The position numbers and the translations under genes were made by a program. This document shows positions 40,567 to 56,040 of a stretch of 64,000 bases of DNA, one piece after another; within the stretch, counting starts at the first letter, position 1, and each line of letters opens with the position of its first letter. The notes under the pieces are model-generated. The model did not search any database, had not been told where the DNA came from, and saw only the letters and a list, made by a program, of their open reading frames with translations. The stretch comes from Eledone cirrhosa (taxonomy: Eukaryota), in contig OZ024756.1 of the NCBI GenBank assembly GCA_964016885.1, forward strand, positions 42,532,001 to 42,596,000, written 5' to 3'.

Positions 40567-40584
40567 CATATATATATACACATA

Positions 40585-40616
<32 letters not shown>

Positions 40617-40709
40617 CATATATATATATACATATATATATATACATATATATATATACATATATAATATATACATATATATGATATATATATATATACA
40701 TATTTTATG

Positions 40710-40740
<31 letters not shown>

Positions 40741-40745
40741 CATAC

Positions 40746-40778
<33 letters not shown>

Positions 40779-40951
40779 CATATATATGATATATATATAC
40801 ATATATATACATACATATATATATATATACATATATATATGTATATATACATATATATGATATATATATACATATATATATATATACATACATATATATA
40901 TACATATATATATATATACATACATATACATATACATCCATATATATATAT

Positions 40952-43296
40952 AACTTTGAATAACTTTGAAATGTTTTGGCCAGTATTGGCCCAGGCCATG
41001 TCTAACTTAATAGCACCACCTGGCGAAGTCTTTCAATTCAGGATTTGGGCACCATGGCCCATTCGAGAAGAGAATTACTGTTTGCGGAGACATATCCGGG
41101 TGTGGGTGGTTTGTCCGGGATTACTTGGAGGAATTTGTCCAAAGACTTCTTGAATTTTGTGTGGTCAGTTTCTGTTTTGACGTGTCCTGGTGTGATGTTG
41201 AAGAGAGCAGGGCCGATTGAGGTGAAATAATTGTGCTGTATTGTTGTTATGAGTTGCGATTTAGATTTTTGAATGGGACGGATAGCACGGGGCCCAAGCC
41301 TTGGGTGTATCTTGAAGGCGATGCCAACATCATTTGGGCAGTGATGATGGAACATTTTCCACATCATGCAGATAATATAACGCTCACGGCGACGTTGGAG
41401 TGAGTAAAGTTTCAGGTTTTCCAATCGACCCCAGTAGTCAAGGTCTGACATGCCATCTATCTTTTTCGTGATTGCCCTTTGAGGAGCTTCAAGTTTCATG
41501 ATACTTTGTTTCGTGTGGGGAGACCACAGTGGACAACAGTATTCAAGGTGTGGTCGGGCGAAAGTAGAGAAGAGAAGGATAATGGTGCGGGAATCTCTCG
41601 ACTGGAAGGTTCTGAGGATCCAGGAACACATTCTGCGGGCCATGTCAACTTTGCTGCTTATATGCGTGGTCCAGCTTATGTTGCTGTCCACGGTTACTCC
41701 CAAGTCTCTGATGTTGTTAGATGCCACGAGAGTTTCCCCGGAGGGAAGGGAGTACGGGAGTTTCAGAGCATCCTCTTTTCCAAAGTGGATCAGTTCGAAT
41801 TTGTCTTCGTTCAGTAACATGTTGTTCTTTTCTGCCCATTGGGTAACAGCCAGTAGGTCTGACTGAAGGCTTATCCGGTCATCCACGCCATTGATGACCT
41901 TTTGGAGCTTGGAATCATCAGCGAAAATTTTAATGTTGCTGTGTTTGATGATGTCAGTGATGTCATTAATATAGATGATGAAGAGAAGTGGGCCCAACAC
42001 AGTGCCTTGTGGGACTCCACTACTGACTTTGGCTGGGCTTGATTTGACTCCCTCAACTACAACATGTTGGGTTCTGTTTGACAGGAAGCTCTTGATCCAC
42101 TGCAGCAGCTTTCCAGTGACACCAATATTGGACAGCTTTCTCAGTAGAATGTTATGATCAACCCTGTCAAAGGCCTTGCTGAAATCAAGGTAGATAACAT
42201 CAGTGTTGGAACCCTCTCCCAAGGCTCTCAAAATGTCATCAAAGTGATGCAGTAGTTGCGTCAGGCAATCCCTTCCATTACGGAATCCATGCTGGTTGGA
42301 GTTCAGCATATTGTTACTCTCAAGGAAGTGGGTCATTCGCGATCTCACCACTCGCTCAAATACCTTAATGATATGAGAGGTGAGTGAGATTGGACGGTAA
42401 TTCACGGCAAGGGATTTGTTTCCCTTTTTGAAAACTGGGACAACAGACTGGGATAGAAGGTTTTCTGGCACATATCCAGCATCCAGTGAGTTCCGCCACA
42501 GATTGGCAAGAGGAGAAGCAAGTTGGTGTTGACACGCCTTCAAGACACAAGCAGGGAACCTATCGGGACCTACTGCTGAATTATGCTTGATTTCCTTTAT
42601 TGCCGCCAAGACATCAGGGGCGCCAAACGTTATGTCCGATAAGGTGTAATGGGGAGTAACATCGCCGATACAGCCCAGATCGGCCATATCAGGATTGCTG
42701 AAAACAGAGCAGTATTGTTTCTGCAGTATCTCACCCATGGTTTTAGCATTGTCTTGAAGAGTGCCATTTTCATCAATTAGAGGGCCAACAGTAGAGCCAG
42801 TGATTTTGTGTTTTTTTGCAAATGAAAAGAACACTTTGGGATTGAGTTTGATCTTCTCAATGGCCCAGGCCTCTTCAGCTCTTCTCTGATTGTTGATGAG
42901 GGACATTATGTTGTTTTGGAGGTTATGTTTTTTAATCTCTAGTGATGAAATGGCAGTCAAGTTGATGTGTTGCTGCTGACAGTATTTCAGATTGTTGATT
43001 TTTTTGTTCGTTCTCTTAATTTTTCTGATGAGCGTTTTTCTATTTCTAGGGATTCTGCTCTTAGATTTGTTTATAGTTCTTAATGGGGTGTGTTTAGCAC
43101 ATATGTTTGTAACAGTGTCCACAAATGTCTGCCAGGACTTTTTGATGTTAGTGGGTGTATGAGTGTGCGTGAAGGACCAGTCGACATGTGCAAGATCATG
43201 ACTGATCGCTTCCCAGTTTGCATTGTGGAAATCCATAGCGTCAAACGGATGGACAGGAGAAATGACATTGGGTTTGTATATTGGACGGTGGAATCA
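40952..43296 (-). mobile_element. 5'-truncated CR1/L2-group LINE with an uninterrupted RT frame
   Basis: 732-aa ORF 43236-41038 with NYRPISLTS, YLDFSKAFDRVDH, SGVPQGTVLGP, FADD and RPHLEYCCPLWSP. Confidence 0.92.
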
Positions 43297-43347
43297 TACA
43301 TACATATACATATACATACATATATATATATATACATACATATACAT

Positions 43348-43394
<47 letters not shown>

Positions 43395-43412
43395 CATATA
43401 TATACATATACA

Positions 43413-43444
<32 letters not shown>

Positions 43445-43478
43445 CATATATATATATACATATATATACATATACATA

Positions 43479-43510
<32 letters not shown>

Positions 43511-43733
43511 CATATATATATACATATATATATATACATATATATATATACATATATATATATATACATATATATACATATATATATATACATATATATA
43601 TATACATATATATACATATATATATATACATATATATATATACATATATATATATACATATATATACATATATATATATACATATATATACATATATATA
43701 TATATATATACATATATATACATATATATATAC

Positions 43734-43765
<32 letters not shown>

Positions 43766-43825
43766 TTATACATATATATACATATATATATATACATATA
43801 TATACATATATGTGATATATATATG

Positions 43826-43879
<54 letters not shown>

Positions 43880-43947
43880 TATATATATCATATATATGTA
43901 TATATATGTATATATATGTGTATATATATATGTATATATATGTATAA

Positions 43948-43982
<35 letters not shown>

Positions 43983-43998
43983 CATATATATACATATG

Positions 43999-44029
<31 letters not shown>

Positions 44030-44031
44030 GC

Positions 44032-44064
<33 letters not shown>

Positions 44065-44089
44065 TATATACATATATATATATATATGC

Positions 44090-44122
<33 letters not shown>

Positions 44123-44129
44123 CATATAC

Positions 44130-44218
<89 letters not shown>

Positions 44219-44238
44219 CATATATATACATATACATT

Positions 44239-44297
<59 letters not shown>

Positions 44298-44382
44298 TAC
44301 ATATATATATATAATATATATACATATATATGATATATATATACATATATAGATATATATACATATATATATATAGAAATAC

Positions 44383-44413
<31 letters not shown>

Positions 44414-44449
44414 CATATATAATATATATATACACATATATATGATATA

Positions 44450-44483
<34 letters not shown>

Positions 44484-44863
44484 CATATATAATATATATA
44501 TATATATACATATATATGATATATATATATACATATATAATATATATATATATATATATGATATATATATATATACATATATGATATATATATATATATA
44601 TATATACGTATATGATATATATACGTATATGATATATATATGATATATATATATCCATATACATATATATGATATATATATATCCATATATGATATATAT
44701 ATACATACATATATATATATATATATACATATATGATATATATATATACATATACGTATATGATATATATATACATATACATATATATATATATCCATAT
44801 ATGATATATATATACATACATATATATATATATACATATGATATATATATATATACATATATG

Positions 44864-44900
<37 letters not shown>

Positions 44901-44931
44901 CATACATGATATATATATATATACATATATG

Positions 44932-44980
<49 letters not shown>

Positions 44981-45223
44981 TATATACATATATATATATA
45001 CATATATATATATACATATATATATATACATATATATATATACATGTATATATATACATATATATACATATATATATATACATATATATATATACATATA
45101 TATACATATATATATATACATATATATATATACATATATATATATACATATATATACATATATATATATACATATATATACATATATATATATATATATA
45201 CATATATATACATATATATATAC

Positions 45224-45255
<32 letters not shown>

Positions 45256-45315
45256 TTATACATATATATACATATATATATATACATATATATACATATA
45301 TGTGATATATATATG

Positions 45316-45355
<40 letters not shown>

Positions 45356-45425
45356 CATATATATATCATATATATGTATATATATGTATATATATGTGTA
45401 TATATATATGTATATATATGTATAA

Positions 45426-45462
<37 letters not shown>

Positions 45463-45478
45463 CATATATATACATATG

Positions 45479-45509
<31 letters not shown>

Positions 45510-45511
45510 GC

Positions 45512-45544
<33 letters not shown>

Positions 45545-45567
45545 TATATACATATATATATATATGC

Positions 45568-45600
<33 letters not shown>

Positions 45601-45607
45601 CATATAC

Positions 45608-45696
<89 letters not shown>

Positions 45697-45716
45697 CATA
45701 TATATACATATACATT

Positions 45717-45771
<55 letters not shown>

Positions 45772-45856
45772 TACATATATATATATAATATATATACATA
45801 TATATGATATATATATACATATATAGATATATATACATATATATATATAGAAATAC

Positions 45857-45887
<31 letters not shown>

Positions 45888-45921
45888 CATATATAATATA
45901 TATATACACATATATATGATA

Positions 45922-45955
<34 letters not shown>

Positions 45956-46051
45956 CATATATAATATATATATATATATACATATATATGATATATATAT
46001 ATACATATATAATATATATATATATATATGATATATATATATATACATATA

Positions 46052-46082
<31 letters not shown>

Positions 46083-46339
46083 CGTATATGATATATATAC
46101 GTATATGATATATATATGATATATATATATCCATATACATATATATGATATATATATATCCATATATGATATATATATACATACATATATATATATATAT
46201 ATACATATATGATATATATATATACATATACGTATATGATATATATATACATATACATATATATATATATCCATATATGATATATATATACATACATATA
46301 TATATATATACATATGATATATATATATATACATATATG

Positions 46340-46376
<37 letters not shown>

Positions 46377-46407
46377 CATACATGATATATATATATATAC
46401 ATATATG

Positions 46408-46454
<47 letters not shown>

Positions 46455-46495
46455 TACATACATATATATGATATATATATACATACATATATATG

Positions 46496-46530
<35 letters not shown>

Positions 46531-46544
46531 CATACATATATATG

Positions 46545-46607
<63 letters not shown>
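43297..46607. repeat. Complex (TA/CA)n tract containing a duplication of about 1.48 kb
   Basis: Distinctive interruptions recur at an offset of about 1476-1478 bp (43877/45355, 44669/46145). Confidence 0.85.
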
Positions 46608-46610
<3 letters not shown>

Positions 46611-48178
46611 TTTCTGAATTTGTTTAGCAAGATTCTTTATCTGAAATCGTGTGTTGAAACCGATATTGTTATCCTTTGGGAGGGTCATGTTGCCAATAAG
46701 AAACACACGCACCAGTTGCTTTCACTTCAATTTATTATATATTTATAAATTTATAAATTTACAAATCTACAAACTTATAAATTTCTGGTTGGTTGGTTGG
46801 TTCCACAACCAGATAGTTGTTTATATATAGTCATAGTCCTTTCGTCACACACTCTGTGACCTCTTCAGTGACTGGGGATTCCTTTCTTTGTTTCTGTGCC
46901 TTTCCTTTCTTCTGTCCTACGCCATTTTGTTTCTGTGTGTGTGTTGTGTGCTCAGTTTGCGCATGCGCCACATCCGGGTGTCTGTGTGTGTTTGTGTTCA
47001 TTTATCTATTTGTTTATTTATTTATTTATTTATTGTTGGTTGGTTGTTTGTTCTGTGTGTGTGTGTTTTCATTTTGTCCTTAATTGTAAGTTGTGATGTT
47101 GCTGTTCCACTCATATTTTCTATTTAATTTTGGTTGTAATTCTTTTATGCTTACTGCCTCTGTAATTTGCCTAAACATTGCATCTTTTCTGTGTGTGGAT
47201 TCTATTTTTATTTCTATGTTCTCTAATTTACCCCTGTGTTCTATCTTAGCATGTTGGTAGAGCACAGATGATTCTTTATTATCTTTGAAGGTCTCGCCAG
47301 TGTTCATTTATTCGTTCCCCTATACTACGAGCTGTCTCACCTATGTACACTATATTTTTGTTTCTACATTGTCCTTCAGTACATCTTATGCTATACACTA
47401 CATTTCTAGTTTTACAGTTAATATGGGGGCTTATTTTACAGGTTATACATTTCTTATCTATACATTAGGGTCTTTGGAACGGGTATGTCTTGCTAATAAG
47501 TGTTTTTACGGAGGTACCTGGTCTTTCTAATATCTTAATATTGAGTTTATGTTTATTTAGGGCCCTTCTAAATTTGTAGGCTAGTTCGCCTCTAGGGGTT
47601 GTATTGATGAACATTACACTCTGGTATTTATTGCTATCATACCATGAGTTTATTCTATTGGCCTTGTTCCTAGTTCTTTCTATTCTATTCCAAAATTTGC
47701 TCCTATACAAGGGGCAGGTCCCATTTATGTCATTATTTACCATTTTTTCCCATTTGGTTCTGGCTCCTCTATACACTCTGATTCTATCTCTCTGATTGTA
47801 GCCAGAGAACTGCATACGGTGGATGAAGTGTTGTATGTGTCTCTCTAGTTCTTCGGGGTTGCACATGCGGGACACATTTCTCATCACCCGTACCAAATCC
47901 GCAATCAGTATGTTGATTTTGGTATGGTCCGAAATGGCCGAGTTTCGGTGGATCAGATGTTTGGAAGTCATGGGTTTGGCATAATGGGAATGGAGGATTT
48001 GTTTTTGGTTGTTAATGGTATCTAACCAGAGCTCTGTGTCTAGTACAGGTAATCGATGGTTGGGGTGTCTACTTGGGTAGTCTATAGTAACTCTAATGCT
48101 CTGGTGGATGGAGTTTGCTATTTGCTGGATGCTTTCCATTGTGTTTTTCTCTAGTTCCTGACTGTTCTTTAGTGGGGG
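46608..48178 (-). mobile_element. PLE 3' portion of a different clade with a Cys-rich linker, cut by an assembly gap
   Basis: RT thumb LPVLDTEL..HYAKPM, then C-rich linker and GIY-YIG VVYSIRC..YIGETARS..ERINEH, with stops and a frameshift. Confidence 0.88.
46829..46873 (-). ncRNA. Minimal type I hammerhead ribozyme
   Basis: Minus strand AGTCA-CTGAAGA-G-GTCACA-GAGTG-TGTGAC-GAA-AGGACT-A-TGACT, with a 5-bp stem I, 6-bp stem II and minimal stem III. Confidence 0.8.
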
Positions 48179-48378
48179 NNNNNNNNNNNNNNNNNNNNNN
48201 NNNNNNNNNNNNNNNNNNNNNNNNNNNNNNNNNNNNNNNNNNNNNNNNNNNNNNNNNNNNNNNNNNNNNNNNNNNNNNNNNNNNNNNNNNNNNNNNNNNN
48301 NNNNNNNNNNNNNNNNNNNNNNNNNNNNNNNNNNNNNNNNNNNNNNNNNNNNNNNNNNNNNNNNNNNNNNNNNNNNNN
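48179..48378. other. Assembly gap
   Basis: Run of about 200 N. Confidence 1.
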
Positions 48379-49051
48379 TCAAAATAGTAGATATGCATGT
48401 AGATTATGTTCCCAAGAACTTTTTGAAATAATGAAATCTAAGGATATCCTATTAAATAAGCGACAGGAATTAATAATATCGTGTAATCATAAACTGAGAA
48501 AAACCTTTAAATATTATAAACCTAATTAATATACACTTTAGAAATTAATATATAAACTATTTTTAATTTAGTTAACCTATAATTAATATTCTACTACTGA
48601 TGAACTACATAATTTTGCTTTCCTTCTTACAACTATCATTTCCTAAAACTGATACCATTAAGTAAACATATATAATGCTTTAACTTCAGGTTATGACTAT
48701 GTTCTTTGAGAACTATATATATTTATTTCTCACTAATAAATTTAATCCCCCCCCCAATAATTATATGTATATGTAAGTGTGTATGTGTGTGTATATATAT
48801 ATATGTATGTATGTATATGTGCATGTATATATATATATATATGTGTATATATATATATGTGTATATATATATATATATGTGTGTATGTGTTGGTGTGTAT
48901 GTGTATATGTGTATATATATATATATATGTGTGTATGTGTTGGTGTGTATGTGTATATGTGTGTATATATATATATAAGTATATATATATATATGTTTCT
49001 TTGTTTATTCATTATTTTATTAATTTATATATACACATATATATATATATA

Positions 49052-49660
49052 TGGTGGCTGCCAACTCGTTTTCGAGTACGGCCACTACTTTATATCCATG
49101 TAGGAGAACCCCTACTGATGCGCTAAACGAGTGTGACTTTTCAGTCCAGCCAGCGACTTGAAAACTCGGGTACAAACACTACACTTGTGACAATTATTGA
49201 CACATAGTGCTGGGCCCATGGTACCATATCACGACAAGTGCAGAGAGATCTCCAGATATAAAGCAATGCCTGTGCCGTGAAGCTTTTATAGTGAGCAAAG
49301 GCACTGCACAAAGCCAGTCCCACTCTCTTAACCAAGATGATATTTACCAAAAAGAAGAACAAGTCAACATCATTGGATACCATCAGAGTTGCAGGTGTTA
49401 TATCAGAGTTTTCCTTCTCCTAGAATTCTGCCTTGACAAAGGCTAAGGGGTCATCTCTCCCGGTGATTTTGGATGGCCATTGACTCTTAAGAGCTCCTTT
49501 GCCCTTTGACAGGTTTTGTTTTTAGTCCTGCAGGATGTCCAAAGTCACCCTCCTCACCAAGCAACCTTGGTGGGGTTGCCAGTTTAGTCGCCAACGACCC
49601 GACCATGAGACAGGTTGTACTGGGATACATGTTACCAGTAGCACCAACTGGGGACCTGAC
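49052..49660 (-). mobile_element. Short internally deleted RTE (BovB-like) derivative
   Basis: Remnant C-terminal C2H2 motif CSVCTRVFKSLAGLKSHTRLAH, 5'UTR-like leader, and TA flanks. Confidence 0.5.
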
Positions 49661-49736
49661 ATACATATATATATACATACATATATATATACATACATAT
49701 ATATATACATACATACATATATACATATATATATAC

Positions 49737-49859
<123 letters not shown>

Positions 49860-49861
49860 CA

Positions 49862-49975
<114 letters not shown>

Positions 49976-49995
49976 CATACATATATATATATACA

Positions 49996-50055
<60 letters not shown>

Positions 50056-50092
50056 CATACATATATACATATATATATACATACATATATAC

Positions 50093-50129
<37 letters not shown>

Positions 50130-50134
50130 CATAC

Positions 50135-50165
<31 letters not shown>

Positions 50166-50173
50166 CATACATA

Positions 50174-50331
<158 letters not shown>

Positions 50332-50333
50332 CA

Positions 50334-50449
<116 letters not shown>

Positions 50450-50469
50450 CATACATATATATATATACA

Positions 50470-50529
<60 letters not shown>

Positions 50530-50647
50530 CATACATATATATACATATATATACATACATATATATACATATATATACATATATATACATACATATATAT
50601 ATATATATATATACATACATATATATATATATATATATACATACATA

Positions 50648-50915
<268 letters not shown>

Positions 50916-50927
50916 CATATATATACA

Positions 50928-51027
<100 letters not shown>

Positions 51028-51080
51028 TATACATATATATATATATATATACATATATATACATATATATATATATATAC

Positions 51081-51265
<185 letters not shown>

Positions 51266-51269
51266 CATA

Positions 51270-53878
51270 TCTCTCCCCCACTTTACCCTGAAGGATCACA
51301 AATCCAATTTTCCGAACATCCCCTCTATTCAGCTTATTAACCCTACAAAGTCCGATTTAGGTAGACTTAGTAAAACGATTCTTGATAGAATTATACCTGA
51401 AATTAGAAGTTTGGCCCCTCTCGCACTGTGGAACAATTCTTTCGCGGTGATTGATTGGTTCAACGGCATATGTAACAAGGAACATTGCCGTTTTATCCAA
51501 TTCGACATCAACAATTACTACTCCTCCATCACTTTACCACTTCTCCTTAGAGCTATCAATTTCGCTAAAACACTCACAGTGGTTAAGGATTTTGAAGTTG
51601 ATGTCATCCTTAATGCCCGAAAGTCGGTGATTAATTTCGACGACTCTATTTGGATTAAAAAATCCAATAGTACCCCATTTGACGTGAGTATGGGCGCCAG
51701 TGACTCTGCGGAGGTTACTGATCTTATTGGCCTTTTCCTTCTTTTCTCTATCAAGGACGAATTCCCCAACGTGGGCGGTGGTTTGTACCGTGACGATGGT
51801 CTTTTGACCATGACTAAGTGCGGACCTCGTGCTTGCGACAGGTTCAGAAAAGAACTCACAGCCTTCTTTAAAGGCTTCAACCTCTCTATACAGGTTGAGG
51901 CCAATCTCTTGGTCGTTAATTACCTCGACGTTACCCTCAATTTATTGAATGGGTTGTATTACCCGTATAGGAAGCCGAATGATACGCTTAATTACATAAG
52001 TAAGCATTCCAACCATCCTGCCAGCATAACCAAGAACCTGGTAAGAAACGTTTCGTTGAGGCTTTCCCGTCTTTCCACCAACGAGCGCATTTTCAACGAC
52101 CATTCCACTTATTACAATGAAGCTCTTGCTCGAAGTGGATTTGTCGATAAGGTAGCATATACAGAGTACGAAAATAGACCTAGAAGAAATAGATCCCGTC
52201 GCATTTGTTGGTTTAACCCACCATATAATATGGAGGTGGCCACACCATTAGCTAAGATCTTTCTTTCCCTTATTACGAAGCATTTTCCCCCTACACATAA
52301 ATATAGTAAAATTTTTAATTGAAATACTATTAAAATTTCTTACTCTACGACTCCTAACCTTGCACATAACATCACAGCTTCAAATTTAGCTAAACTACCT
52401 AGCCGTAGTAACACGTGCAACCCGGTAGTTAGTACTAACTGTAATTGTAGGAATCGGGCTGATTGTCCCCTATCCGGGAAATGCCTCTCTAGTAACATTG
52501 TCTACAAATGTAAGGTTGTAACATCCACGTCCCGTAGGGCCTACATAGGGTTAACCGCCAATAGTTTCAAGCAGCGTCTTTACATGCATACCCATTCTTT
52601 TCGTTACCCTCTAAGAAGGAATATGACGTCACTTTCAGCTTATATCTAGAGTCTAAAAGACAACCACACCCAATATAAGTTACACTGGGAGATCCTAGCT
52701 AGGGCTAGATCGTATAACGGAAATAAAAGACCATGTGACCTCTGCGCCGCTGAGGCCCTGGAAATACTCTACGCTACAGACCACATCTTAAACAAAAAAT
52801 CTGAGGCAATTTCGGCTTGTAAACATAAATTGCACAAAACTTTCCTGTATTACAGCCACACGTTATACCCTAACGGATAGCACGATCTATACGTGGATAT
52901 TTTACGTCTTGATGTGGGAGCTAAGTATATGTTTTGTTTATTCCTTTACTTATTTGGATAGGTAAGTATATATTACCCGTATGTTTTGTGAAGGTATGTA
53001 TACCTTCTCGTACGTATATTTGACTGTTATAGCGTATAATTTTTACATATTCTGGTATTTAGGGTTTGGCTATGTGTATATGGGAGTTTTGCGTCTGCGT
53101 GAGTGTGCAGGTTCGTACGTATGGTGGGTGTGTGTATATGTGTACTTCTTGTTTTAGTTGACTTACGTCTCCGAACATTCGTGTATTTATATGTAGGTAT
53201 GCGTGTGCGCTTGTTATATACGTATTTATTTACTTATATACGTTTATATAATTATTTATTTATTTGTACACAAGCATACACACACACACATATTTATATG
53301 TGCGTGGTTTTGTATACCCATGGTAAGGTTTTGCGTATGCTTGTGTATGTACGTATCTGTTTGCGTGTATGTATTTATTTGTTTCTATTACTTCTGTATT
53401 GTATTTATTTACTTTGTTCTTAACTCTGTAGCGGAGATTCATTTGGTCTCCTAGTTAGAATTTTAGTCTACGATTTCTGCTATACCATTTACGTGGTTTT
53501 GTCTTTGCGTGCTATTGTTCTCCACGCTCCACATATGACTTATTATCTTCGTTTTTTCGTTCATTGCCAGAGAACGTCTCTATGCACCACCTAAGAGAAC
53601 ATTAGTCTACGACCTCTTTTATACCATAAACGTGGTTTTGTCTTTGCGCGTAATTGTTTTTCACCGCTCCTATTAATGACGTATTATTCGTTTTTTCCTG
53701 TTCTTTGCCAGCGAACGTTACCACGAACCAAAGTATCGTCTTCCTGTCTTCCTCCGGTTGCAACGTTTTTTGAAATATCCAGTTCTGCGTTTACAGATTG
53801 ACTTTGTTAGTTTCAGAAGATCCCGTTAAGGGTGAAAGCAGCGATTCTTTGCTTAAACTTTAATCTGTTATTTTAATA
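51270..53878 (+). mobile_element. 5'-truncated PLE, probably Naiad clade, with nonsense mutations
   Basis: [10 protein letters not shown] and VNYLDVTL; CWFNPPY; CNCRNRADC; GIY-YIG IVYKC..YIGLT. Stops at 52320 and about 52647. The 3' region has a repeat of about 139 bp and a hammerhead motif. Confidence 0.92.
53793..53868 (+). ncRNA. Type I hammerhead-like motif with CAGAAGA core and extended stem I
   Basis: ACAGATTG..AGTTT-CAGAAGA-T-CCC-GTTAA-GGG-T-GAA-AGCA..TGCT-T-AAACT-T-TAATCTGT. Confidence 0.65.
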
Positions 53879-53890
53879 AATATATATACA

Positions 53891-53952
<62 letters not shown>

Positions 53953-53973
53953 CATATATATATACATTTATAC

Positions 53974-54008
<35 letters not shown>

Positions 54009-54065
54009 CATATATATATACATTTATACATATATATATATATATATACATATATACATTTATAC

Positions 54066-54978
54066 TGGGAGGGCCCTGTAGAAACAGTAGACAGCTTCTG
54101 CTACCTAGGTGACCGAATTAGCAACGGAGGTGGGTGCTCAGAAAGTACAATAACTAGGGTAAGAACGGGATGGAAGAAGTTTAGGGAACTACTACCACTG
54201 CTAGCTGCAAAAGGCTTCTCCCTCAGAATGAAAGGCAGACTGTATGATGCGTATATCCGAACAGCGATGTTGCATGGTAGTGAGACCTGGGCGCTGAAGG
54301 TGGAAGACTTACGTAGATTAGAGTGAAACGAAGCCTGCATGCTCCGATGGATGTGTAACAGTAATATACGTGAACGACAAAGCATAAAGGAATTGAGAGA
54401 GAGACTGAGCATAAGAGGAATCAAATGCTGCGTGCAGGAGAGGCGGTTACGCTGGTATGGACATGTGATGCGTATGAAGGAAGACAGCTGCATAAAAAGG
54501 TGCAGAGCACTAGAAGTTGATGGAAACCGCGGAGTGGGGAGACCCAAGATGACTTGGGATGAGGTGATAAAAGCCGACCTTACCCAACTACACCTCTCAA
54601 AGACAATGACACACGACCGTGACTTCTGGCGTCACGCAGTAATACAGGGTACCCGACCTCCCATGGGTACATGCTGAAGCATATAAACAATATGCCCCCA
54701 CTCCCCCCACCGCAAGGTGGTCGTGGAGGTGCCACGGCAAAAAAGCACCCAGCCCACACTGTAAAGTGGACGTGTAGGCGCCACGAAAAAGCACCCAGCA
54801 CTCACTGTAAATGAGGTTGGTGTTAGGAAGGGCATCCAGCTGTAGAAATCAAGCCAAATCAGTTCCTGTATGAGCAAGGCATGGTCAGCCGACCAGACAC
54901 TGCCCACAACAGGACAACCCGTCTAACCCATGCTAGCGTGGAAGAACGGACGTAAAACGGTGATGATGATGATGATGA
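54066..54978 (+). mobile_element. 5'-truncated RTE, nearly identical to 38614-39530
   Basis: Direct sequence match and (GAT)n tail. Confidence 0.93.
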
Positions 54979-54980
54979 TA

Positions 54981-55062
<82 letters not shown>

Positions 55063-55093
55063 CATATATATACATATATACATATATATATAC

Positions 55094-55124
<31 letters not shown>

Positions 55125-55135
55125 CATATATATAC

Positions 55136-55166
<31 letters not shown>

Positions 55167-55177
55167 CATATATATAC

Positions 55178-55276
<99 letters not shown>

Positions 55277-55277
55277 C

Positions 55278-55352
<75 letters not shown>

Positions 55353-55363
55353 CATATATATAC

Positions 55364-55394
<31 letters not shown>

Positions 55395-55598
55395 CATATA
55401 TACACATATATATATATATATATACATATATACACATATATATATACATATATATATATATACATATATATATATACATATATATATATATACATATATA
55501 CACATATATATATATACATATATATATATATACATATATATATACACATATATACATATATATATACACATATATATATGTACATATATAAATATACA

Positions 55599-55674
<76 letters not shown>

Positions 55675-55690
55675 TTTCGTTTCTGAATAC

Positions 55691-55721
<31 letters not shown>

Positions 55722-55838
55722 TATATATATGTATATATATACATATATATATATATATGAAAATATAAACATATATATATATATATGTATATATATACAT
55801 ATATATATATATATGTGTATATATATATGTACATATAC

Positions 55839-55906
<68 letters not shown>

Positions 55907-55937
55907 GTATATATATATGTATATGTATATATATATG

Positions 55938-55984
<47 letters not shown>

Positions 55985-55985
55985 G

Positions 55986-56040
<55 letters not shown>

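Noticed and set aside
46608-46662. Second hammerhead-like motif at the PLE terminus (CAGATAA...GAAAC, minus strand)
   Set aside because: Two core deviations, no clear stems I and III, and the homolog near 29040 does not preserve it
52320-52322. In-frame TGA in a Naiad-like PLE as a possible selenocysteine codon
   Set aside because: It aligns with Arg in the related element (KILNRNNIK), so it is probably CGA>TGA decay. The conserved Cys codons are TGT/TGC and there is also a TAG downstream
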